The notes under the pieces: model-generated | What the model was told of the DNA's origin: nothing | The model's database searches: none | What the model saw: the letters and a program-made list of their open reading frames with translations, nothing else | Assembly: GCA_903832855.1 (NCBI GenBank) | Contig: CAILDB010000012.1 | Coordinates: 4,368-68,367, forward strand | DNA length: 64,000 bases | Reading direction: 5' to 3' | Source of the DNA: an uncultured bacterium | Lineage (GTDB): Bacteria > Patescibacteriota > Minisyncoccia > Phycocordibacterales > GWA1-40-21 | Position numbers and translations under genes: made by a program | In this document: one piece after another, positions 36,510 to 45,543 of the stretch | Layout of the letters: every line of letters starts with the position of its first letter | How positions within the stretch are numbered: position 1 is the first letter of the stretch

Positions 36510-37268
36510 TTATTTTAATATAATATCAACGAGGATTTTGAATGCATCATATGGGTATGCTCCGCCAAAACTGATGTGTTTGTTGTCGGCACTTATTGTC
36601 ATATTTGTTCCAAAGTTTGTTACAATGTTTGTAATTTTTTCTTCGGTGAGTGCAGTTTTCAAAATCAACTCTAAATGTGGAGTGCTCAATTGTCCACCAG
36701 TAACTTTCAAAGCATCTGCCAAGTTCTGATCAACAATTGACTTCGTTGCATTTGTGGAAAGGCAGGTGTTGAACTTTGTGACATCGAGCTTGAAAGAGGA
36801 AGCAATTTTTGGAAGTTCTGCTAAGTCGAGCCCATTGTTTCCTGGAGTGATTGTGTAGATTTGATCTAGGAATTTCCAGAACATATCGTTACCGCCCTGA
36901 AGATTTGCACATTCTGTTGCTTCAGCCTCTTTTGGTGCTTTTGAATGAAGTCCAACAATCGGAGAATGTCTGAAAACCCAAGCGACTTGGCCTGACTTTC
37001 CGTAGTTACTCATTATTTGTGTCATTACTGTGTGGAACATTTTGCAAGGAGGGCATTCTGTATCACCATATTCTACAACGACAATATTTGCTTGAGGGTT
37101 GCCTTGAATATGATCTTTTTCATTTACGGGCGTTACGACGGAAACTTTTGGTGCAGTATTTTTTACTGTTGTTGGCTCGCTTGTCTTAATTTCTTTTGTA
37201 ATAAAGATTACTCCGGCGATAAGAACTCCTGCTATGACTATTGCGATTTGTGTTAAATATTTATTCAT
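36510..37268 (-). CDS. membrane-anchored DsbA-like thiol:disulfide oxidoreductase
   Basis: N-terminal TM helix; thioredoxin-fold active site VEYGDTECPPCKMFH. Confidence 0.6.
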   Translation of the reverse strand: MNKYLTQIAIVIAGVLIAGVIFITKEIKTSEPTTVKNTAPKVSVVTPVNEKDHIQGNPQANIVVVEYGDTECPPCKMFHTVMTQIMSNYGKSGQVAWVFRHSPIVGLHSKAPKEAEATECANLQGGNDMFWKFLDQIYTITPGNNGLDLAELPKIASSFKLDVTKFNTCLSTNATKSIVDQNLADALKVTGGQLSTPHLELILKTALTEEKITNIVTNFGTNMTISADNKHISFGGAYPYDAFKILVDIILK

Positions 37269-37335
37269 TTTTTTAGCTTAATATTAATAATGAAGTCATT
37301 TTAACATATCACAAAAAAAATGCTACAATGTAAAA

Positions 37336-38190
37336 ATGTTAGATTTAATTATTTTAGGATTTACGGAGGGAATCACTGAGTTTTTGCCTATTTCATCTTC
37401 TGGACATTTGATATTGATTAGAGATATTTTTGGGATGAAGACAGGTTTTGATTTGTCTTTTGACGCGGTTTTGCAACTTGCTACTGGGCTTGCTCTCGTA
37501 GTATATTTTTGGAAAGATATTTGGAATCTGATCGTCACTTTTTTTTCACTTCTGTCATCCCGGCGCAGGCCGGGATCCATCTCTGACCCGATGGATTCCG
37601 TTCTACAACGGAATGACAATCGGGAACAAGATGACAGAAAAAGAAATTGGATTTTGATTTGGGCAATCATCCTCGGCACAATTCCCGCTGTCATCGGCGG
37701 ACTTCTTTTACAGAAACAAATGGATACGGTTTTTAGAAATTTACACCTTGTCGCTTATGTTCTCATTGCCGGAAGTATCGTAATGTATCTTGCAGAATGG
37801 TTTTCAAAACAAAATAAAGAACTCACTGTCGGTAAAGGATTTATCGTCGGACTTTTTCAGTGTCTCGCACTTCTCCCCGGATTTTCTCGCTCTGGCGCAA
37901 CCATTTCCGGTGGACTTTTCATGGGCTTCAATAGGGAACAGGCAGCGCGATTTTCCTTTTTGCTTTCAATACCAATTATCGTTGGCTCAGGTCTCTTAAA
38001 ACTTTTTGAGCTCATTCATAGCCACGAACTCGGAGGTCTTGGCCTTCCGCTTCTTGTCGGTTCGCTCGTTGCTTTTTTGTCAGGGCTTCTTGTCGTTCAT
38101 TATCTCCTCAAATTCCTCAAAAATCACAAATTAAATATTTTTGCATACTATCGCGTGATTTTGGCGCTCATAATTTTGGCCTTTTTGTAA
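37336..38190 (+). CDS. uppP: undecaprenyl-diphosphatase carrying an in-frame family-1 repeat insertion in a loop
   Basis: LGFTEGITEFLPISSSGH ... LPGFSRSGATISGG signature motifs. Residues RRRPGSISDPMDSVLQRNDNREQ are encoded by the repeat. Confidence 0.8.
   Translation: MLDLIILGFTEGITEFLPISSSGHLILIRDIFGMKTGFDLSFDAVLQLATGLALVVYFWKDIWNLIVTFFSLLSSRRRPGSISDPMDSVLQRNDNREQDDRKRNWILIWAIILGTIPAVIGGLLLQKQMDTVFRNLHLVAYVLIAGSIVMYLAEWFSKQNKELTVGKGFIVGLFQCLALLPGFSRSGATISGGLFMGFNREQAARFSFLLSIPIIVGSGLLKLFELIHSHELGGLGLPLLVGSLVAFLSGLLVVHYLLKFLKNHKLNIFAYYRVILALIILAFL
37550..37640 (+). repeat. family-1 palindromic repeat (extended multi-hairpin variant) inside the uppP coding sequence
   Basis: tgtcatcccggcgcaggccgggatccatctc, plus additional hairpins (gatccatc..gatggattc; ccgttctacaacgg). 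Confidence 0.75.
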
Positions 38191-38245
38191 AATAAACTTA
38201 AAAATACAACTATTTTAGTGATCAGTTTGACAAAATGGAAAATCA

Positions 38246-38274
38246 TTGACTTTTTTATTTAGAGGTGCTATACT
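38246..38274 (+). promoter_or_regulatory. strong promoter TTGACT-N17-TGcTATACT
   Basis: Near-identical to the 6940-6968 promoter. Followed by a leader with a small hairpin and an AAGGAGGG Shine-Dalgarno. Confidence 0.45.
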
Positions 38275-38345
38275 TGTAGGCAGAGGAATCAGATTGTAGA
38301 AGTTTAAAGACTTCATCTGGTTCTAAACAAGATAAGGAGGGTAAG

Positions 38346-38495
38346 ATGTTTATCTATGTTCACGAAGTACCTTACGGAGTTTCAGGGTATCGGACAAAGT
38401 CAGATATGGCGATCCTATCACGTGGTAAGCCGGTGCTTCTCGTTGTTGTACTCGGGTTTTTGGTGGTTGTTTGCACAATCGGATTGCTACTCTAG
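38346..38495 (+). CDS. 49-aa peptide with a C-terminal hydrophobic helix (MFIYVHEVPYGVSGYRTKSDMAILSRGKPVLLVVVLGFLVVVCTIGLLL); small membrane protein or type I toxin-like
   Basis: Not in the ORF track (under 60 aa). The strongest Shine-Dalgarno in the window (AAGGAGGG, 5-nt spacing). Has its own promoter and a terminator-like hairpin with a T-run at about 38540-38572. GC-rich island. Confidence 0.4.
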   Translation: MFIYVHEVPYGVSGYRTKSDMAILSRGKPVLLVVVLGFLVVVCTIGLLL

Positions 38496-38572
38496 ACCGA
38501 GTGAGCAATAATACCGCTCGTCACGAGCTGAGGAACCGTCCTCTCGCTTTCAGTGAAAGGGCGGTTTTTCTT

Positions 38573-39154
38573 TTACCCAAACAAAGTATGGGTGATGACA
38601 GACTCATTTTTCTTTTCCCAGTTTGATGTGTCAATTTTCAAATCTCTTATTGTTCCACCGTCTCGGTCTTTGTATTTCAAAATGCCGTTTTTGAGAGCAT
38701 ATTCATAGACTTCTTTTGTAATTTTGACATCTTCCATACAATATTTAATCACTTTTTCGTACTCGCCGTTTTTCCACCAAATAGTGGCTTCTATACCGTG
38801 CCCAATTTTATTTTTGCCAAGTGTGGCCTCTGCGACATTATCCAATTTAATTCTTCTGCCTAAAGAGATTTTAATATCTTTCATAATATCTACACTTTTT
38901 ATTTTTGTTAAATCTCCAGAATAATATTTTCCAAGAAGTGGAATATCAAAATGGTCGCTATTGTAGCCAATGAGAACATCAGCTTTTTCTAAAATTGGCC
39001 AAAGGTCTTTTAGTTGATCTTTTTTAAAACTAGAATATTTGTCTGTCTCATAATCATAGATACAACACACCGACATATCAAGGTCCCTTGCATCATTACT
39101 CGCAACTTCATCAAAAATATTACTTGTTTCCAAGTCAAAAACAATTTTTTTCAT
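38573..39154 (-). CDS. DEDD-family 3'-5' exonuclease (DnaQ/RNase T-like)
   Basis: Exo motifs VFDLETS (Exo I), YNSDHFDIPLL (Exo II), YCMEDV (Exo III). Confidence 0.65.
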   Translation of the reverse strand: MKKIVFDLETSNIFDEVASNDARDLDMSVCCIYDYETDKYSSFKKDQLKDLWPILEKADVLIGYNSDHFDIPLLGKYYSGDLTKIKSVDIMKDIKISLGRRIKLDNVAEATLGKNKIGHGIEATIWWKNGEYEKVIKYCMEDVKITKEVYEYALKNGILKYKDRDGGTIRDLKIDTSNWEKKNESVITHTLFG

Positions 39155-39162
39155 AGATTATC

Positions 39163-39208
39163 CGTTGCCAAGGTCGGACCTTGGTATTAGGTATTGTGTG
39201 TTATAATA
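39163..39208 (+). repeat. family-2 palindromic repeat (ccaaggtcggaccttgg tattaggtattgtgtgttataata), intergenic
   Basis: Near-identical to the 8487-8531 copy inside rnr. Contains a TGTGTTATAAT extended -10-like element. Confidence 0.7.
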
Positions 39209-40502
39209 ATTTTGAGATTTCATTTATTTCTGAATCAGAAAATTCTGTTTGTTCACCTGTCGTTAGATTTTTTACCTTAAATTTCCCACTTGTGACTTCT
39301 TCATCGCCGATGCAAATGATAAATGGAATTTTGTTTTTATCGGCATATTTGATTTGGTCACCTACTTTTCGAAAGGAAAAATCGACAGAAGTTCTGACTT
39401 TTTTCTCTCGCAGAAGTTGTGCTAAATCTTGTGCAAAACCGATTGAATTTTCGTTCATTACACAAATATAAATATCTGCCGGAGCAGGGAACTTCGGCAT
39501 TAAACCATATGTCTCCAAAATATCTCTAATAATTACATCTCCAGCACCAAATCCAAAAGCTGGAACTTTTTCTTTGTCAAAAATATCAAGCAAATCATCA
39601 TATCTTCCGCCTCCAAAAACAGAGCGTCTGTTGTCAGGATTCGTATCATAAACCTCAAAGACAATTCCTGTGTAATAGTCAAAACCACGCATTAAGTTTT
39701 GGCTAAACACTGCATTTGTAATTCCGACTTCCTCAAGTCTAGAAATAAGTTTTTTAATTTCTTTGATACCTTCGTTTTCGCTTGCAGTTTGTGGTAGGCG
39801 AGAGACGAATTCCTCAAAATTCTTTGAACTGATAAGTGTCAAAAATTCAGAACTTCTTTCGGCAATCGTTTCTCTGATTGCTTCCTCAAAAGCACCATCC
39901 TTTAATTTGTCTTTTTTATCTATAAGTTTGGAAACCTTTTCTGCCGTCTCATCATCTAGAGCAAAAATATCATTTAAAATATAATTTATTATTTTTCGGC
40001 TATTTATTCTGATTTCAAAATTTTCATCTTTCAAACCGAAGTTTTTCAAAACCTGTGAAGCAATAGAAATAACCTCCACTTCTGCTTCAATGGATTTTAC
40101 ACCAAAAATATCTACATTTAATTGCCAATGTTCGCGCATTCTGCCTCTCTGCGGATTTTCATATCGGAAAAGATTTGGAATTGAATACCATCGCAAAGGC
40201 ATTGAAAACTCTTTCAATTTTCCTGCAATCATTCTTGCAACAGTCGGCGTCATTTCTGGTCGCAAAGAAACTTCTCGGTCGCCTTTGTCTTTGAATGTGT
40301 ATGTTTGCTCATTTACAATTTCTTCACCTGACTTTGCTTTGTAAAGGTCTGATGGTTCCAAAACAGATGCTCCATATTCAGAATAACCGAAACTTTCAAC
40401 TGTTTCTTTCATCACCTTAAATATATAATTTTGTACAGCCATATCCGCAGGATAAAAATCCCTCACGCCCTTGTATGCCTCCGTACTTACTTTTTTTGTC
40501 AT
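39201..40502 (-). CDS. hisS: histidine--tRNA ligase
   Basis: Class II aaRS motifs; N-terminal KGVRDFYP and the HisRS-specific RYENPQRGRMREHWQ. Confidence 0.9.
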   Translation of the reverse strand: MTKKVSTEAYKGVRDFYPADMAVQNYIFKVMKETVESFGYSEYGASVLEPSDLYKAKSGEEIVNEQTYTFKDKGDREVSLRPEMTPTVARMIAGKLKEFSMPLRWYSIPNLFRYENPQRGRMREHWQLNVDIFGVKSIEAEVEVISIASQVLKNFGLKDENFEIRINSRKIINYILNDIFALDDETAEKVSKLIDKKDKLKDGAFEEAIRETIAERSSEFLTLISSKNFEEFVSRLPQTASENEGIKEIKKLISRLEEVGITNAVFSQNLMRGFDYYTGIVFEVYDTNPDNRRSVFGGGRYDDLLDIFDKEKVPAFGFGAGDVIIRDILETYGLMPKFPAPADIYICVMNENSIGFAQDLAQLLREKKVRTSVDFSFRKVGDQIKYADKNKIPFIICIGDEEVTSGKFKVKNLTTGEQTEFSDSEINEISKLL

Positions 40503-40582
40503 ATATGTATATTCTATACAAAAGAGAGTATTTCTACAAGGGGCAGCTTTACATTTAATCCTGAATACGATAATATATCAAT

Positions 40583-40762
40583 ATGCAAAAGAAATATAAT
40601 TTTCCGGTTATAATAGAAAAAGACGAAAACAATATCTATATTGCCACTGTGCCTTCTTTGCGTGGATGTCATACCCAAGCCAAAAGCTTATCCACTTTGT
40701 ATAAAAGAATAGAAGAAGTGGTTTCTCTTTGTCTGGAAGTGGAAAGAACAGTTTTAATTTAA
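40583..40762 (+). CDS. HicB-like (UPF0150) antitoxin-family protein, 59 aa
   Basis: Not in the ORF track. MQKKYNFPVIIEKDENNIYIATVPSLRGCHTQAKSLSTLYKRIEEVVSLCLE matches the UPF0150 pattern (YxVIEKDEDGGYVAxVPxLPGCxTQG..). No HicA seen nearby. Confidence 0.55.
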   Translation: MQKKYNFPVIIEKDENNIYIATVPSLRGCHTQAKSLSTLYKRIEEVVSLCLEVERTVLI

Positions 40763-40771
40763 AATAATCTC

Positions 40772-40808
40772 CTCTGTCATCCCGGCGAAGGCCGGGATCC
40801 ATCTTAAT
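40772..40808 (+). repeat. family-1 palindromic repeat copy upstream of the GIY-YIG gene
   Basis: ctctgtcatcccggcgaaggccgggatccatcttaat. Confidence 0.8.
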
Positions 40809-40819
40809 TTCTTAATCTT

Positions 40820-41134
40820 ATGGAAACTTACTCTGTCTATATTCTTGCTAGTAAAAAGGAAGGAACCTTATATATTGGTGTAACTTCAGATCTAGAAAAA
40901 AGGGTCTGGCAACATAAGAACAAAATTATCAAAGGATTTACAGAGAAATACAATGTAAATAAATTGGTCTATTACGAACAGACAGGAAATGTAGAATCAG
41001 CACTAACTAGAGAAAAGCAATTAAAAGAATGGCAGAGAAGATGGAAAATCAGACTGATTGAAAAAGATAATCCAGAGTGGAATGACCTCTATGAAGAATT
41101 AAGAACAGATGGATCCCGACCTGCGTCGGGATGA
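40820..41134 (+). CDS. small GIY-YIG nuclease superfamily protein
   Basis: YSVYILASKKEGTLYIGVTSDLEKRVWQHKN ... YYEQ..N...ALTREKQLKEWQR resembles the GIY-YIG core. The last 9 codons are supplied by an inverted family-1 repeat. Confidence 0.7.
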   Translation: METYSVYILASKKEGTLYIGVTSDLEKRVWQHKNKIIKGFTEKYNVNKLVYYEQTGNVESALTREKQLKEWQRRWKIRLIEKDNPEWNDLYEELRTDGSRPASG

Positions 41135-41140
41135 CAGAGG
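41109..41140 (-). repeat. family-1 palindromic repeat copy, inverted orientation, overlapping the GIY-YIG 3' end
   Basis: ggatcccgacctgcgtcgggatgacagagg is the reverse complement of the family-1 consensus. Confidence 0.75.
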
Positions 41141-41269
41141 TTTGCAATGTTTGTATACTTTGTGCTATACTACACAATAGCAGTAAACAAGCTCTCGTAG
41201 GTTTAAGTTTTCTTAGCCGTTTGAGAAGTGGTCGTTCTGCGAATTTTATTAGTAGAATATTTCAAGCAA

Positions 41270-41560
41270 ATGGCAAAGAAATTGTATATAGGTAATCTTT
41301 CATATGGCATCAATGATGCAAGTTTGGCTGATTATTTCTCAAAAGCTGGAACTGTTGAAGGTGCCAATGTCATCATGGATAAGATGACTGGTCGTTCAAG
41401 AGGTTTTGGATTTGTGACTATGACTAATGATGATGAAGCTGATAAAGCTATCTCAACTCTTAACGGAGTTGAAATGGACGGAAGAAAGCTCATTGTTAAT
41501 GAAGCAAAGCCACTCGAACCAAGACAAGACAGAGGAGATAGAGGTTTTAGAGGAAGATAA
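41270..41560 (+). CDS. RRM-type RNA-binding protein
   Basis: RNP2 LYIGNL, RNP1 RGFGFVTM, and an RG-rich tail. Confidence 0.7.
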   Translation: MAKKLYIGNLSYGINDASLADYFSKAGTVEGANVIMDKMTGRSRGFGFVTMTNDDEADKAISTLNGVEMDGRKLIVNEAKPLEPRQDRGDRGFRGR

Positions 41561-41586
41561 TAATTGACTCGCTAGAGTTTGATAGA

Positions 41587-41630
41587 AAAGTAAAGGGCCC
41601 CGAAATCTGATTTCGGGGCCCTTTACTTTT
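41587..41630 (+). terminator. hairpin aaagtaaagggccccgaaatctgatttcggggccctttacttt
   Basis: 17-bp stem followed by T-rich sequence. Confidence 0.55.
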
Positions 41631-41750
41631 CCCCAAGAAGTAGTAATATCTCTCTTGGATTGTTATTTTTAAATATTGGTTTTAGGAATGTGATCTCTAC
41701 CGAGTGGTGGGGATTGTGAAGGAAAAAACAAGAAAAAGGGAGATGAAGTT

Positions 41751-42359
41751 ATGACAAAGAGGCCACATGACAGTAACTTTCGGCAAACTATTCCGGTAAG
41801 GGTGGATATCGGTAAAAAACCGAATATGCCACCTGACGACAGGTTCCACAAAAATGTCTTCGGATTGGATCCGAAGGATGCCCAGCACATTACAGACAAT
41901 GTTGATGAGCACGGCGTCATGTGGGTTTCCATTTTGGATCCTGTCTATCCGGCTGGATGTGGAAAGCGAACTGTTTTTGGAGCTATGCAAATTATTCACG
42001 CTTTGGGAGGGTATCCTCTGAACGTGAAGGAGGCGCATGCTGGGGCTGAAGCCATTGAGAGGATGATCGCGCACAATTTTTCGGAGGTATCAAAAGTTGG
42101 TGTTGCCTTTCCGTGTTTGGGTACACAGTACTATTCACCGGAAGATGAGCATCCAGCTTTTACTCTCTTGTGGCATCGGCTCTTGGAAGGTGCTTCTTGT
42201 CACAGGTTCCATTTCTGTCGTCTCATGAAGTTTTGGCCGGACGCTGTTCGAGAACCGCTTTTTTGTCCGGCAGAGTGGAGAATTCCTTTCGCTATTCCGG
42301 CTGAATCTGTTAGCAGTTTTACCGCTGCGATAGTGCCAGACGAAGTTGAGGTTGAGTAA
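41751..42359 (+). CDS. hypothetical protein encoded in a GC-rich island
   Basis: AAGGGAG Shine-Dalgarno 7 nt upstream. GC content is markedly above the flanks. Bounded downstream by family-1 repeats. Confidence 0.35.
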   Translation: MTKRPHDSNFRQTIPVRVDIGKKPNMPPDDRFHKNVFGLDPKDAQHITDNVDEHGVMWVSILDPVYPAGCGKRTVFGAMQIIHALGGYPLNVKEAHAGAEAIERMIAHNFSEVSKVGVAFPCLGTQYYSPEDEHPAFTLLWHRLLEGASCHRFHFCRLMKFWPDAVREPLFCPAEWRIPFAIPAESVSSFTAAIVPDEVEVE

Positions 42360-42410
42360 TCGCAGAATGCGCGTCGGGACCGAGTGTCCCTTCGCGCTTT
42401 TTTAATGTCT

Positions 42411-42441
42411 CTCTGTCATTCCTGCGGAGGCAGGAATCCAG
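42411..42441 (+). repeat. family-1 palindromic repeat (variant cattcctgcggaggcaggaatc)
   Basis: Sequence similarity to the other copies, with compensatory stem changes. Confidence 0.7.
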
Positions 42442-42573
42442 TTCTTATTTTCTGGATTGCTTTCTTACAGAAACTGTCCACTCATTGGATCTTTTGTTTC
42501 GCATTGCTCACAAAAGCCCTCAATGAGTCTTGCAGAAGCAAATACTTTTGCTTCCTCACATTTCACTCGCAAA

Positions 42574-42617
42574 GACAGAGGGGATGGATCCCAGCCTTCG
42601 CTGGGATGACAGAAAGG
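42574..42617 (-). repeat. family-1 palindromic repeat, inverted relative to the 42411 copy
   Basis: gacagaggggatggatcccagccttcgctgggatgacagaaagg. Confidence 0.7.
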
Positions 42618-42621
42618 ATTT

Positions 42622-44424
42622 CTACAAATCATTCAACTTTTTTGTCTGGCTTCTTTCGTTACGAGACCTGTCTGTTTTTGTTAAATTCTTTTTTCGTAAA
42701 CGAACATTTTTAGGAGTAATTTCTAGAAGTTCATCATGTCGCATAATTTCAAGACCTCTTTCAATATCAAGACGAAGCGGTGGAGTAAGATAAATAGATT
42801 CATCTGAACTTGTCTTTCTCATATTTGTCAGCGCTTTTCCTTTTGTTGGGTTTACATCCATTTCATCACCTTTGGTAACATTTCCGATGACCATTCCTTC
42901 ATAAACTTCAGTCGCAGGATCAATATAAATAGAACCTCTTTCTTGCAAATTCCAAAGAGAAAATGCGAGAGCTTTCCCCGTCTCCATTGAAGTCATTGAA
43001 CCATATTCTTGCTTTCTTATTTCTCCAGCATAGGGTTTAAAACCGATAAATCTAGAACAAAGAATTCCTTCACCACGAGTATCCACCACAAATTGTCCTT
43101 TGTATCCGAGAAGTCCTCTTGTTGGCACATCAAAAATAATTCGACAATGATTTTCGTTTGTTTTCATTTCTGTCATTATTCCTTTTCTTCTGCCAATTTT
43201 ATCAATTACATTTCCAGAATATTCTTCGGGAACATCTATTGTAACTTCTTCAAACGGCTCAACTTTTTCTCCATTTATTTCTTTAAAAATTGCTTGGGGT
43301 TGAGAAACCTGAAGTTCGTAACCCTCGCGTCTCATATTTTCCAAAAGGATCGCAATGTGAAGCTCGCCTCGTCCGTAAACCAAAAGTGGCTCTGAATTAA
43401 AATCAATTTTTAGACCAACATTTACTTCCAGCTCTTTTTCAAGTCTTTCTCGTATCTGTCTTCCAGTCACAAATTTTCCTTCTTGCCCTGCAAAAGGGGA
43501 GTCGTTGACCAAAAAGTTTAGGGAAATAGTGGGCTCATCAATTGGAATTGAAGAAAGGGGAGTCTGCTCACTATTTTCAATAATTGTCTCTCCTATAAAT
43601 GCATCAGGAATTCCTGCAACCATCACAATATCTCCACACAGTGCTTCTTCTACGGCTTCTTTTGCCATTCCATTAAAAGTGTAAAGTTTTGTAATCCTGT
43701 ATTTTTTGATTTCTCCATCGGGAGTTTTTGTAAAGATAGTTTGTCCGTCTTTTATTTTTCCTTCATAGATTCTAGCCACGGCAAGTCGTCCAAGGAAATT
43801 ATCATATCCCAAATTAAAAATTTGAGCTTTTAAAAGTGAGTCAATTTTATTTTCTGCAGGTTTAACATTTTCTAAAATACAATCTAAAATTGGCGATAAA
43901 TCTTTTTGTTCATCTGCCAAATTTTTCATAGCAACGCCATTTCTTCCAATTGCGTAAATAACAGGGAAATCCAACTGCTCGTTGTTTGCACCGAGTTCCA
44001 TAAAAAGTTCCAAAACTTTTTCGTGGGCTTCCTCTGGCTTTGCGGCGGACTTGTCTATTTTATTTATAATAACAATTGGTTTAAGACCAATTTCTAGAGA
44101 TTTTTTTAGAACAAATTTTGTTTGAGGCATTGGACCTTCTTGGGCGTCAACGACTAAAAGAACTGAATCAATGGATTTGATAACTCGTTCAACTTCAGAT
44201 CCGAAGTCGGCGTGTCCGGGAGTGTCAACGATATTTATTTTCGTGCCTTTGTAAAAGACAGAAGTATTTTTTGCATAAATAGTAATACCGCGCTCTTGCT
44301 CGAGTTTGTTTGAGTCCATTGTCAGGCCTTCCATATTTACTCCGCTTTGTTTCATCAAAGCGTCGGTAAGGGTGGTCTTGCCGTGGTCCACATGGGCGAT
44401 GATTGCGATATTTCGTATTTCCAT
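42622..44424 (-). CDS. typA: translational GTPase BipA/TypA
   Basis: [18 protein letters not shown]1 motif, [13 protein letters not shown]. Start taken as MEIRN; the ORF track start is 69 nt further upstream. Confidence 0.85.
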   Translation of the reverse strand: MEIRNIAIIAHVDHGKTTLTDALMKQSGVNMEGLTMDSNKLEQERGITIYAKNTSVFYKGTKINIVDTPGHADFGSEVERVIKSIDSVLLVVDAQEGPMPQTKFVLKKSLEIGLKPIVIINKIDKSAAKPEEAHEKVLELFMELGANNEQLDFPVIYAIGRNGVAMKNLADEQKDLSPILDCILENVKPAENKIDSLLKAQIFNLGYDNFLGRLAVARIYEGKIKDGQTIFTKTPDGEIKKYRITKLYTFNGMAKEAVEEALCGDIVMVAGIPDAFIGETIIENSEQTPLSSIPIDEPTISLNFLVNDSPFAGQEGKFVTGRQIRERLEKELEVNVGLKIDFNSEPLLVYGRGELHIAILLENMRREGYELQVSQPQAIFKEINGEKVEPFEEVTIDVPEEYSGNVIDKIGRRKGIMTEMKTNENHCRIIFDVPTRGLLGYKGQFVVDTRGEGILCSRFIGFKPYAGEIRKQEYGSMTSMETGKALAFSLWNLQERGSIYIDPATEVYEGMVIGNVTKGDEMDVNPTKGKALTNMRKTSSDESIYLTPPLRLDIERGLEIMRHDELLEITPKNVRLRKKNLTKTDRSRNERSQTKKLNDL

Positions 44425-44610
44425 AATTTGATTTGACGGGCGCAATTTTTTGCCGCAAAAAATTGCGCCGATAAGAAAAGCGCCGAAGCGCATATCTATC
44501 TGTCTATTAAAGCATATTTTTAATAAAAAAGGAAGCTTTTATAAATATACTGAAAATATAATAAAAAAGCTGGCCTCGTGAGGGTCAGCTCTAAAGTCAA
44601 ACGAATCTGC

Positions 44611-44997
44611 TTAGTATAAGCCATCTTGCAGAATGTCACGAATTTTTTCATTCACCCTTTCAAATGGTCTTATTACATTACATCCGATCTCCTTTAGCTT
44701 TTTGTCTGTGTCATCTTCTCCAGTGGCGGCGAAAAATATTGTCTCAAATTTTAAAATTTTTTTGAGACTGGTCGCTACACAGATGTTGGCCTCGAATGAT
44801 CCACCGTCTTCAAGTGTAAGTATATATCCCATAAAGAATACGATGGAGATATCTGGATTTTCGGTTGCAATCTGGATGACGTCATCCAGACACATGGCAG
44901 AAAAGGATTCGATTAGACTTTGTTTATTTGGAGATAGCATATCAAGAAGCGCCTTCAAATATAGATTGTCGACTCCGATAAAGAGTACTTTTCTCAT
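44611..44997 (-). CDS. small receiver (CheY-fold)-like hypothetical protein; paralog A (phospho-acceptor Asp position replaced by Met)
   Basis: Beta-strand pattern VLFIGVDN / ISIVFFMGY / IFFAATGEDD. Own TTGACT-N17-TATTAT promoter at about 45040-45075 on the minus strand. Confidence 0.3.
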   Translation of the reverse strand: MRKVLFIGVDNLYLKALLDMLSPNKQSLIESFSAMCLDDVIQIATENPDISIVFFMGYILTLEDGGSFEANICVATSLKKILKFETIFFAATGEDDTDKKLKEIGCNVIRPFERVNEKIRDILQDGLY

Positions 44998-45094
44998 ATC
45001 ATAGTCCCTTCATTCAGTGGTTTGTACAAAATTTCTTTTATTATAATATGGTTTTTAATTTAAAAAGTCAATGGGTTATTTTTTGTATAAAAAA

Positions 45095-45119
45095 GGGCCG
45101 TTCGCGAAGCGAACGGCCC
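45095..45119 (-). terminator. hairpin gggccgttcgcgaagcgaacggccc downstream of the 45148..45543 gene
   Basis: Perfect 10-bp GC-rich stem. Confidence 0.5.
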
Positions 45120-45147
45120 GCACCTGGAGACGAAGCCTCCAAGAATC

Positions 45148-45543
45148 CTAACGAATCCCGAGTGGTACAACCAATGCTTCTGTCGCATCTGCTGTTACTC
45201 GGTATCTACGAGGCACCTTGTTCGCCAGAAGTTTCCTGACGAATTCGTGCTCGTCGTGATTTGCGCACAACGATACGAAGACGAAGTAGGTAGCTTCGTG
45301 ACATTCTCCCATGAGTATGCGGAGACTGACCAGATGATCTTTCATTCCGTAATCAAACACCACGAGTATCACATCCTTCTTGTTGGCGGAGATGTGTCCT
45401 ATGGCCGCGGCTGGACTTTGAGTACAATATAGCTTGATAGTACGAAGTTTACCGGATGCTTCTAAATCATCAAATCTGTCGGTCCAATAACCACACAGAT
45501 CTGAGTTACCGACGATTACCACATGCGTTTTCTCGTCACTCAT
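45148..45543 (-). CDS. small receiver-like hypothetical protein; paralog B, GC-rich; retains the Asp in VVFDYGM
   Basis: Same secondary-structure pattern as paralog A. TTGACT-N17-TATTAT promoter at 45588-45616 on the minus strand; AAAAGGAG Shine-Dalgarno. Confidence 0.3.
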   Translation of the reverse strand: MSDEKTHVVIVGNSDLCGYWTDRFDDLEASGKLRTIKLYCTQSPAAAIGHISANKKDVILVVFDYGMKDHLVSLRILMGECHEATYFVFVSLCANHDEHEFVRKLLANKVPRRYRVTADATEALVVPLGIR

